Assembly: GCA_040218735.1 (NCBI GenBank)
Contig: JAVJQW010000022.1
Span: 1-64,000, forward strand
Direction of reading: 5' to 3'
From: Deltaproteobacteria bacterium
GTDB lineage: Bacteria; Myxococcota; Kuafuiibacteriia; Kuafuiibacteriales; Kuafuiibacteriaceae
Length of the DNA: 64,000 nt
The notes under the pieces are model-generated. The model was not told the DNA's origin, did no database searches, and saw only the letters and a program-made list of their open reading frames with translations. Numbering within the stretch: position 1 is the stretch's first letter; each line of letters starts with the position of its first letter. Made by a program: the position numbers and the translations under genes. Positions 31,000 through 38,911 of the stretch are shown here, in pieces.

Positions 31000-31075
31000 G
31001 CCTCGGTGGGCAATCAGGTAAAGCCGCTCGCCTAAGAAGCGAGAGATTTTGTCGGTTCGACTCCGGCCCGAGGCA
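31000..31075 (+). tRNA. tRNA-Leu(AAG), A34 anticodon, short variable region
   Basis: Near-copy of the CAG gene with anticodon arm CTCGC-CTAAGAA-GCGAG. Confidence 0.8.
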
Positions 31076-31212
31076 GCACGAGCACCGCAAGCGGCGCTCG
31101 AGAGCCCTCGGACGGGGCGGCCGGCGCGCCTGCGGCGCTGGGAGCGACTCCGGCCCGAGGCAGCACGAGCACCGCAAGCGGCGCTCGAGAGGGGGCTTCA
31201 ACGCCCCACCCT

Positions 31213-31295
31213 GAAAGGCTCCGCCCGGCGGCGGGCAACCGGTCTCGAAAGCCGGGGGGACCTATCGGTTCGGGGTTCGACTCCTCAGCCTTCCG
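31213..31295 (+). tRNA. tRNA-Ser(CGA), one acceptor mismatch
   Basis: GAAAGGC/GCCTTCC-G (A2:C71 mismatch), CCGGT-CTCGAAA-GCCGG, variable arm and GGGGTTCGACTCCTC. Confidence 0.75.
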
Positions 31296-31596
31296 TCATC
31301 TCACACGCTGCGCGTGCGAGAAGACCGAACGCTGGGCTCGGCCGGCGCGCCTGCGGCGCTGGGAGCGACTCCTCAGCCTTGTCGTCATCTCACACGCTGG
31401 GCTCGGCCGGCGCGCCTGCGGCGCTGGGCTCGGCCGGCGCGTGCCCCGCCCACCGTCAGTCCCGGATCGGCGCGCCGCGTCGGTCCGATCGCAACGCGAC
31501 GGGTCTCGAACGCGCGGCGCCCAAGCGGCCGAGATCGTGAGGTTCGTAGGCCACACCCAGGTCTGGCGCGCGGGTTGCTGTAGTGCACGTCAGGCC

Positions 31597-32025
31597 ATGC
31601 GTAGGTGTTCGTTTCGTTCGCTTCTCCTGACGGTTGCGCTCCTCGGCGCCGCCGCGTGTGGGGGTGCCGAGCAGGTGCAATCTCGGACCGTCACGATCGA
31701 CGGTGCGCAGTACGAGCTCGTCGCCCAGTTCGGGCCAGAGCTGTCGCCCGACGAGGTGCAGCGGTTGCTCGACCGCGCCGTGGTCGCGCAGGCGGAGGCC
31801 GTCGCGGAGGCGGCGCATCCGCTGCTCGCCATCGAGGTCGTCCCGCACGACCTGCGCAACGCGACCGATTTCGCGGTCGTTGCGTTCACGGCCGAGACCG
31901 ACCCCGAGGAGGTCGAGGAGCCCGAGGAGCACAGCGGCAAGTCCGAGACGCGCGCCCACTTCGTCCGGCGCGGCGACATCAAGGGTGCGACCGACCCGGA
32001 CGTCGACCCTGCCCTCCCCTACTGA
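31597..32025 (+). CDS. Hypothetical lipoprotein
   Basis: Signal peptide with lipobox AAACGG; host-like codon pattern. Confidence 0.65.
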   Translation: MRRCSFRSLLLTVALLGAAACGGAEQVQSRTVTIDGAQYELVAQFGPELSPDEVQRLLDRAVVAQAEAVAEAAHPLLAIEVVPHDLRNATDFAVVAFTAETDPEEVEEPEEHSGKSETRAHFVRRGDIKGATDPDVDPALPY

Positions 32026-32074
32026 CCTCGCGCCTTGCGATCCCCTCCGGATCCAACCAACATCCCGCGCGCCG

Positions 32075-33352
32075 ATGCGCGTCCTGCACGTCCTCGACAT
32101 CTCCGTGCCGACGCTCGCCGGGTACACGTCCCGGAGCCGCTACATCGTTCACAACCAAGCGGACCTGGGCATCGAGCCCGTCATCCTCACGTCCGCGCGG
32201 CAGCCCAACCCGAAGGGCTGCTCGATGGAACAGATCGACGGCCTGAGCTACCACCGCACCCTCCCCCCGAAGCCCGGCCTCCTCGACCGCGCGCGCGACA
32301 AACCCGGGCTGCGTGAGCTCCTCGAGATCCACCACCTGCGGCGGCGCATCGTGGAGGTCGCCCGGCGCGAAAAGCCCGACGTCATCCACGGCCACAGCTC
32401 CATCCTCGTCGGCATCCCGGCGATGCTCGCGGCCCGGCAGCTCGGGCTCCCCGTCGTCTACGAGATTCGAGCGTTCTGGGAGGACGCCGCCGTCGACGCC
32501 GGCGCCACGACGATCGGCTCGCCCCGCTACCGCGCCACGCAGCAGGCCGAGACCCAGCTCGCCCGCCAGGTCGACGCCCTCGTCGGCATCTGCGCGGGCA
32601 TCCGAAACGAGCTCGTCGAGCAGCGCGGCATCGACCCGGACGACGTCATCGTCGTCCCCAACGGCGTCCAGGCCGAGAAGTTCACACCCCGCCCCCGGGA
32701 CGCCGCCCTCGAGGCCAAGTACGGGCTGAAGGGCAAGACGGTCGTCGCCTACATCGGGACGTTCGCGAACTTCGAGGGCGTCACCTACCTGGTCAAAGCG
32801 CTCATCCAGCTCATCCAGTCGGGGCGCGACGACCTGAGGGGCCTGATCGTCGGCAAGGGCCCGACGTACGAGACCTGCCGCCGCCTCGCGCAAGAGGCGG
32901 GCCTCGAGGACAAGATCATCCACCCCGGGCGAGTCCCTCACTCGGAGGTGAAGCCCATGTACTCGGTGGTCGACATCCTCGCGTATCCCCGCGATCGCCA
33001 GCGCATCACCGAGCTCGTCACCCCGCTCAAGCCCCTCGAGGCCATGGCCATGAAGAAGGCCGTCATCGGGTCGGACGTCGGGGGCCTCACCGAGCTCATC
33101 GCCGACGGCGAGACCGGGCTGATCCACCGGGCGGAGGATACGGACCACCTCGCCGCCCAGATCCAGCGCCTCGCCGACGACCCGGAGCTACGGCGCCGCC
33201 TCGGCGACAACGGCCGGGCCTACGTGGAGCGCGAGCGCCAGTGGCCGAAGATCATCGCGGAGCACTTCGCCCTGTACGACCGGGCCAAGCAGAACTGGGC
33301 GAAGCGCTCCGGCGTCTACCGCGGCTTGTCGTTCGTGACACGTCGCCTCTGA
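32075..33352 (+). CDS. GT4 family glycosyltransferase (resembles the exosortase/PEP-CTERM-associated type)
   Basis: MRVLHVLD..P...GY..R, YEIRAFWEDAAVD and ELVTPLKPLEAMA...SDVGG. Confidence 0.9.
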   Translation: MRVLHVLDISVPTLAGYTSRSRYIVHNQADLGIEPVILTSARQPNPKGCSMEQIDGLSYHRTLPPKPGLLDRARDKPGLRELLEIHHLRRRIVEVARREKPDVIHGHSSILVGIPAMLAARQLGLPVVYEIRAFWEDAAVDAGATTIGSPRYRATQQAETQLARQVDALVGICAGIRNELVEQRGIDPDDVIVVPNGVQAEKFTPRPRDAALEAKYGLKGKTVVAYIGTFANFEGVTYLVKALIQLIQSGRDDLRGLIVGKGPTYETCRRLAQEAGLEDKIIHPGRVPHSEVKPMYSVVDILAYPRDRQRITELVTPLKPLEAMAMKKAVIGSDVGGLTELIADGETGLIHRAEDTDHLAAQIQRLADDPELRRRLGDNGRAYVERERQWPKIIAEHFALYDRAKQNWAKRSGVYRGLSFVTRRL

Positions 33353-33383
33353 TCTCGATCCAAAGTCTGAGGTTTGGTACGAC

Positions 33384-34370
33384 GTGCCCCACGATATGGG
33401 TGCGCCGGGGGTCCAAGACGCCACCATCGACTGGCTACCGCTCGGAAGCGCGGCCGTCATCGACTGGAAACAACTGGGTGCGTCCGCGAGCGTTCGCGGC
33501 GCGATGGCGTTCGGCGCCCGCATCGGCGGCGAACCGCTCCTCTTGAGGACGTGGACGAACGAGACCACGACCTACTACGAGTTCCACTTCCTCGCGTACG
33601 AGGACATGAGCGGAACGATCGTCGTCTCGACGGAGCGCCCCGAGGACACCCGCATCCGCCTCACCGCGACGATCGACGTCGAAGGGCGTATCGGCTACTC
33701 CGACATCAGCGAGTTCACGCAGCACGCGCGCACCGGACTGTACGGTTCGATCGTGCGCACGGTCGACATCAGCAACGGCGACCTCAAAACGGATCACCTC
33801 GACAGCCCCACGTCGGCGGAGGCCGAGATCTTCGAGTACGCGCCCGAGAGCGCGCTGCTGACGAACTGCGGCCAGTGGATCGGCGGCCTGCTCGACGCCG
33901 TCCGCGCACAGCTCCTCGACGGCGAAGTCGCCGAAGACGCGGGCCCCGCCGAACCCGCGCGCCCGCCGCGCTCGGCGCCGCCGCCGCCCGCGAAGAAACG
34001 CAGCAGCAAACGCGAGACCGTCGAGGCGCCGCCGGAGCGACCTACGCCAGCCCCGCCGAAGGAGCGCGCCCCGCCGAAGCGGGCGTCGATCGGGAACCTC
34101 TTCGCGACGACGAACTCGGGCGACTCCTGGGAGGTCACCGAGCAGGAGACCTTCCTCGGCCGCAGCAAGCAGTGCTCGATCGTCCTGAAGTCGCAGCGGG
34201 TGTCGCGCAAACACGCTTCGATCACGAAGGAAGACGACGGCTTCTACATCAACGACCTGGGCGCCGCGAACGGCATCTGGGCCGGCACCGAGAAGATCGA
34301 CCGCGAGCGCATCGTGGATGGGTCCGAGTACATCATCGGCGACGTCCTCGTGAGCTTCTCGCTGAGCTGA
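33384..34370 (+). CDS. FHA domain protein with unknown N-terminal domain and Pro-rich linker
   Basis: C-terminal LGRSKQC...VSRKHA...DLGAANG FHA signature. Confidence 0.85.
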   Translation: MPHDMGAPGVQDATIDWLPLGSAAVIDWKQLGASASVRGAMAFGARIGGEPLLLRTWTNETTTYYEFHFLAYEDMSGTIVVSTERPEDTRIRLTATIDVEGRIGYSDISEFTQHARTGLYGSIVRTVDISNGDLKTDHLDSPTSAEAEIFEYAPESALLTNCGQWIGGLLDAVRAQLLDGEVAEDAGPAEPARPPRSAPPPPAKKRSSKRETVEAPPERPTPAPPKERAPPKRASIGNLFATTNSGDSWEVTEQETFLGRSKQCSIVLKSQRVSRKHASITKEDDGFYINDLGAANGIWAGTEKIDRERIVDGSEYIIGDVLVSFSLS

Positions 34371-34376
34371 GCCACC

Positions 34377-35423
34377 ATGCCGGACGTCGACGCGAGCAAC
34401 GGTCCCGAGACTCGCGTCGATGATCCCGGACTGAACAGTGCGGTCGACGCGCTCTCGCGTCGACTCGAATCCGCCGGAGCCTCCGAGACCTCGTTGAAGC
34501 GAATCGCGGAGGCGCGCGATGCGCTCGTCGAAGCGGAACCCACGCCTGAGCTGATCGAAGATCTGTCGGCGGTGCTCACGGGCACCGCCAGCGCGGAGGC
34601 CTTTGCGGAGAACCTCGACGAGATGATCGCTTCCGCCGAGCAGATCGCCGAGGCGCCGATCGACAACAACCTGGACGACCACGCCTACGCGCAGCTGATG
34701 GTGAAGAAGGACGACGCGCGCCTCGACGTCGCGGCCGCGACAGCTTCCCATCAGCTCATCGCCGCGGCGAAGGACGCCGCCCGCACCGTCGCGCGGGCCG
34801 ACGCGCTGACCGAAGCCCCGAAGTGGTCGTCCGATACGCTCGAGTCAGAGCGCGACGAAACCATCGCGAAGTTCCGCACACACACCAAGGACGCAACCGG
34901 GCGCACCAAGTACGAACGGCTGAGCCAAGCCGTCGACGAAGCGTCCGACTTCATGTCGAAGCACCGCGCCGAGAAGATCCTCAGCGACTACGTGTCGCGC
35001 GAGTCCGACATCTTCGAGACCTTCGTCGACACGATGAGCGCCGTCAGCGTCTCGGACGAGCGCTGGGAGAAGTTCGCGAAGGGGTACGCGGAACACAGGC
35101 ACGACGGCCTGTCGTCCGACGCGCGCCGCACGGAGCTACGCAACGCCGCCGAACGGGGAGCGGCGGACGTCTTCCTGCTCTTCGCACGCGACGTCGTCCA
35201 TCATTACGCCACGAGCGAGGCCGCCGCGGACGCGCAGCAGCGCCGCCGCTACGGGGCCTGGTCCGGCGAGCACCGCGTGTATCGCGTCGACACCCTGTAC
35301 CGCCACAGCCCCGCGTACACCCGCGAGGTCTTCGAGGACATCGGATCGATCTGGTCCTACTGGCGACCGGCCGCACGCTGGGGCGACCTCGTCTTTCGGA
35401 TTGCGAGAACGGAGATTCGATAG
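34377..35423 (+). CDS. Hypothetical alpha-helical protein (paralogue A of the EAPIDN family)
   Basis: 348-aa ORF 6 nt after the FHA gene; shares AEAPIDN...AYAQ.M....DAR with the 38240 ORF. Confidence 0.75.
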   Translation: MPDVDASNGPETRVDDPGLNSAVDALSRRLESAGASETSLKRIAEARDALVEAEPTPELIEDLSAVLTGTASAEAFAENLDEMIASAEQIAEAPIDNNLDDHAYAQLMVKKDDARLDVAAATASHQLIAAAKDAARTVARADALTEAPKWSSDTLESERDETIAKFRTHTKDATGRTKYERLSQAVDEASDFMSKHRAEKILSDYVSRESDIFETFVDTMSAVSVSDERWEKFAKGYAEHRHDGLSSDARRTELRNAAERGAADVFLLFARDVVHHYATSEAAADAQQRRRYGAWSGEHRVYRVDTLYRHSPAYTREVFEDIGSIWSYWRPAARWGDLVFRIARTEIR

Positions 35424-36359
35424 ATGCCGCGCCCCGAAGACGAGCAACGGGCGCAGCTCGAGCAGAACGCCAAACTCGACGCGCACCAGGACACCGCCCT
35501 CCAACGCAAGACCGAACAGGCGACCGACCACCTCGGTCAGGAGCTCCGCGACACCCTCGACCGCATGCAGAAGTCCGGCGACCTCGGCGCCGAACGACGC
35601 GAGCAGCTACAGCAGGTCTTCGATCAGAACCTCGATGCCGTGGAGCGCGCCGCCGACGCCCTGAAGGACACGTCCGACGAGATTCGGCGCGACGTCGTGT
35701 CGGCGCTTCGAGGCCACAACGATCCCGCGGAGACGATCGACCGACTCGAAGAACGCGCCGCGGAGGCGCAGCGAACCTTGGACACGCAGGTGGACCGCGA
35801 CGCGTCGTTCCAAGAGCAAGCTCAACAGGACACGAACCACGCGGACGCACGCGCGGACCTCGAGGACATCGCGCGAGCGAAGGACCTGATCGAGGGCCTC
35901 CAGGCGGCGCGCGAGACACTCCAGTCCATCCAGGACGTGGAGCAGAAGGCCCAGGCGGGGCGAGAGGCCGAGGCGGGGCGAGAAGCCCAGCTGAAGGGCG
36001 AACGGCTGGAGGCGCGCGCCGCGGAGGCGCTCCGACAAAGGGGATTCGAAGTACGCCAGTGGAACCAGAAGCTCCGCGACACGGAGATCGATCTCATGAT
36101 GACGACGCCCGAAGGGATGTTCGGCGTGCTCGTCGGCGGTAATGCGAAGGGCCTCCTCTTCGACAAGATGAACGAGGAGAGCGTGGCCAAGTCGCTCGAT
36201 CGATTCCAGCGCGCGGATGACGTGCTCTCGGACCCCGACGGCCCGTTCCGCGGCGAGGCGGCGGGCGCGAAGATGGCCTTCGAGGCCAGCACGACGGACC
36301 CCCGCGTCGTCGAGCGTTTCCGAGAAGAGATCGGCCGCGACCGCGTCCTGCTGTTCTAG
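35424..36359 (+). CDS. Helical-domain protein with C-terminal PD-(D/E)XK/YraN-like domain (paralogue B)
   Basis: TAG-ATG junction with the upstream gene; C-terminal GERLEARAAEALRQRGFEV...TEIDLMM resembles YraN/REase-fold motifs I-II. Confidence 0.65.
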   Translation: MPRPEDEQRAQLEQNAKLDAHQDTALQRKTEQATDHLGQELRDTLDRMQKSGDLGAERREQLQQVFDQNLDAVERAADALKDTSDEIRRDVVSALRGHNDPAETIDRLEERAAEAQRTLDTQVDRDASFQEQAQQDTNHADARADLEDIARAKDLIEGLQAARETLQSIQDVEQKAQAGREAEAGREAQLKGERLEARAAEALRQRGFEVRQWNQKLRDTEIDLMMTTPEGMFGVLVGGNAKGLLFDKMNEESVAKSLDRFQRADDVLSDPDGPFRGEAAGAKMAFEASTTDPRVVERFREEIGRDRVLLF

Positions 36360-36381
36360 GGACGGAGGCCCAAGACGTGGC

Positions 36382-38259
36382 CTAGACGGCCTCTTCCACG
36401 GGTGTCGAACGTCGCCGGCACCGCGCGAGGAACGGGTCGACGTCCGGAGCGACGAAGGACCCCTCCAGGTTCTTCGACGCCGGCTCGAGGAGCGCCTGCT
36501 CGACGCTCGTCGGCGTCCAACGTGAGAGCCGCTTCCCCTTCTTGAACTCGGCGGCGGACGGCGTCACCGGGAGGGTGCCGCGCCGAAAGATGAGCCAAGC
36601 CATGAGGTGACGGCGCGGCAGCTCGACGGTGCGAATCGGGGCGAACACACGCTCGACCGCGGTGGCGGTCGGGCTGGTGTCGACCACGGGGAGCCCGAGG
36701 AACTTCGCCATCGCTTGTTTGGCGGCCTCGTTGTCATCCTGCATTCCGAAGCTGGCGAGGACGCCTTTGAAGAGATCCTTCTGCTCCTGAGCGTCGAGGT
36801 CGACGGCGCGTTGGTTCCCCTGGACGACCTCCTCCAGACACTGCGCCGGGAGCGGCCGGGCCGCAGGGTCGCCGAGCGCAGCCAACCGAGCGAGCAACGC
36901 TTCACCATCGGCGCGCGCCTGCTCCGCCTTGAGCTGGATGCGATCGCTCATGGACAGCGCGGTTCCGTCGCCCAGGATCGACGCGACGCCACCCATGCCC
37001 GTCGGACGCATGCGTAGCCAGTTCGTCACGGCGTAGGACAGCTTTCCAGCGGTTAGCTCGTAGTAGGCGACCAGGTCCGTCCGGATGACGTGTTCGAGAT
37101 CGACGCGCGCCGTGTCGACACGTCGCGTGAACGTCTTCAGCGCCTCGACAGTCTCGTCCGAGACGATGCCCAGCCGGATGATACGCAGGTACCCCTCGAT
37201 CGCAGCGATGAGATCAAGCGGGTCGACGACCCCCGCCATGTACTCCGCGACCTGCTGCGCCGCGATCTTGGCGGCGAGGATCGCGTCGTGGCGACTGAGG
37301 TTGACGAACCAACCCCACTCGAACGCGTCCGCCCCCGCAATGAACGGCAGCAGGCGTTTGTCCCCCGAAGGCGCCGGGAGCATGTCGAGCGCGCCGGGCG
37401 GGAACTTCGACTCCTTCGCCCAGCGACGGAACCCACGCTGAACCCAGTCCGCCGCCGTCTCGGCGCCCGGCGACTTCTCCATCCAGTCCACGAACAACTG
37501 GACGCCAGCCCGCAGATCGTCCGGCGGCGTCGCGGCGACGCCCTGGATGATGTCGAGCGTCTTGGTGAGCGCGACCTCGTCCACGTAGCTCTTGGGCGGC
37601 TCCATCAGAACCGGCGGCACCGGGAGACACGGTGAGTGATCGAGACACTGACTCCGAAGGTTTGCGAACGGAACCACGTAAGCCTTGCCGCCGCTGCGTT
37701 TTGCTCCGCAGGTGTGGAGGAAGCTCACGACCGGGAGCAGACCATCGCCGTAGAAGCTCTGCTCGATCTCGAGCCCCATCGCCGCCGCTTCCGAGTCCTC
37801 CTTGTCCTTGTTCTGCTGCCGCACGTGGTCGCGGAGCCCCTGGTTCATGTACCCCTTGATGCTCTCGTGACGGTCGCCGATTTTCATCTGCGGCGCGGTC
37901 ATGAAGATGCACGTATGGCACGCGCTCTCTTCGCGGCTGCGTGCGAGTTTGTGGTGCTCACATCGCCCCGCCTGATTCTTCAGCGCCGCCACCAGGACCT
38001 TGTTGCCGTGGTTGCAGTACGGCGCGAACCTCGGCTCGTGCGGCCACTCCAGCAACTCACCGCGCACGAGCTCGAACAGCAGCTCGACCTCGCTCTCGAG
38101 CGCTTCGGTCTCGGCCTTACGAACCTCGCGGAGCGAGTCCATGATGCCCTTGCGGGGCATGCTTTGGTCGGTGCGTTTCCAGGTGTCGACGAAGGACACC
38201 TGCGGTCGATAGTGAAGACAGGTCTCACAGTTCGGCCGTTCAGAATTCGATCTCTCCAT
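36382..38259 (-). CDS. Hypothetical protein with two N-terminal 4-Cys repeats and a helical C-terminal region
   Basis: 625-aa ORF: CETC...PYC...KN.AGRC and CHTC...HTC...N.RSQC; overlaps the upstream stop by 20 nt. Confidence 0.75.
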   Translation of the reverse strand: MERSNSERPNCETCLHYRPQVSFVDTWKRTDQSMPRKGIMDSLREVRKAETEALESEVELLFELVRGELLEWPHEPRFAPYCNHGNKVLVAALKNQAGRCEHHKLARSREESACHTCIFMTAPQMKIGDRHESIKGYMNQGLRDHVRQQNKDKEDSEAAAMGLEIEQSFYGDGLLPVVSFLHTCGAKRSGGKAYVVPFANLRSQCLDHSPCLPVPPVLMEPPKSYVDEVALTKTLDIIQGVAATPPDDLRAGVQLFVDWMEKSPGAETAADWVQRGFRRWAKESKFPPGALDMLPAPSGDKRLLPFIAGADAFEWGWFVNLSRHDAILAAKIAAQQVAEYMAGVVDPLDLIAAIEGYLRIIRLGIVSDETVEALKTFTRRVDTARVDLEHVIRTDLVAYYELTAGKLSYAVTNWLRMRPTGMGGVASILGDGTALSMSDRIQLKAEQARADGEALLARLAALGDPAARPLPAQCLEEVVQGNQRAVDLDAQEQKDLFKGVLASFGMQDDNEAAKQAMAKFLGLPVVDTSPTATAVERVFAPIRTVELPRRHLMAWLIFRRGTLPVTPSAAEFKKGKRLSRWTPTSVEQALLEPASKNLEGSFVAPDVDPFLARCRRRSTPVEEAV

Positions 38260-38911
38260 TCGTCAACTCCTGACTGATGCGCAGCTTGCGTTCCTCTTCG
38301 TCACGTAACGTCTCGGCGTCCTCGATGATGCGCTGAAGCTGGCGCAAGGCCTGAGTCGCGGACTCGGCGTTCTGCAGATCCCGGCTGATCTGCTCCATCT
38401 CCTTCGCGACATCACGCACCTGCTGCGCCATCTGTGTCGCTTCGCGAGCGGTCTCGTAGGCTTCGAGCTGCTCCCGCGCATCTTCGCGATTGGTCATCTC
38501 CTGCGCGTACTCGGCGTCCGTGATCGTGTTGTCGATCGGTGCCTCCGCCTGCTCCCGGAGCGCATCTGTGCGCTCGTCGAGCTGCTCCTGGAACGCGTCG
38601 AGATCCTGATCGCCGCGGAGCGCCTCTTCGAAGTCCTGGGCGACGTCGCGATCGAGGTCGCGCAGATCGAGGTCGTCCATCTTCTTGTCGAGATCATCGA
38701 GCTGCTCGTTCATTCGACGTTCGAGATCGCCGACTTGGTCGGCGTCGGTGTCGGGTCGCTGCTTCAGCGTGTCCGTCAGGTCCCGGAGGCTGTTGCGCGC
38801 GACGTCCTGCTTGTCGTCGAGTCCCTGCCTCAGCTCCCGTTCTTGACGTTGTGAGAGCTGCGCGGACTCGTCCGCCTGCACCCGGTCGTCGAGCTTCGGC
38901 ATGGCGGTCAC
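38240..38911 (-). CDS. Acidic coiled-coil protein (paralogue C, helical domain only)
   Basis: 223 aa, D/E/Q/R-rich; GTGA coupling with the ATPase stop. Confidence 0.75.
   Translation of the reverse strand: MTAMPKLDDRVQADESAQLSQRQERELRQGLDDKQDVARNSLRDLTDTLKQRPDTDADQVGDLERRMNEQLDDLDKKMDDLDLRDLDRDVAQDFEEALRGDQDLDAFQEQLDERTDALREQAEAPIDNTITDAEYAQEMTNREDAREQLEAYETAREATQMAQQVRDVAKEMEQISRDLQNAESATQALRQLQRIIEDAETLRDEEERKLRISQELTNGEIEF

Larger units (their letters stand above)
30831..31441 (+). repeat. tRNA-linked GC-rich repeat units, each followed by a duplicated tRNA 3' end
   Basis: Unit CGGCCGGCGCG(CCTGCGG|ACACGT)CGCTGGG(AG) at about 30835, 31118, 31339, 31404 and a partial copy at 31431. Duplications: 30774-30792 = 30861-30879; 31058-31104 = 31145-31191; 31278-31310 approximately equals 31366-31399. 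Confidence 0.85.

Noticed and set aside
30774-31441. CRISPR array interpretation of the repeats in the tRNA region
   Set aside because: Spacing is irregular, the repeats are tRNA-derived or REP-like, and there are no cas genes in the window.
30007-31588. ORFs overlapping the tRNA array (e.g. 30134..31201 minus, 30278..30913 plus)
   Set aside because: They are shadow ORFs across tRNA genes and repeats, with no protein-like composition.
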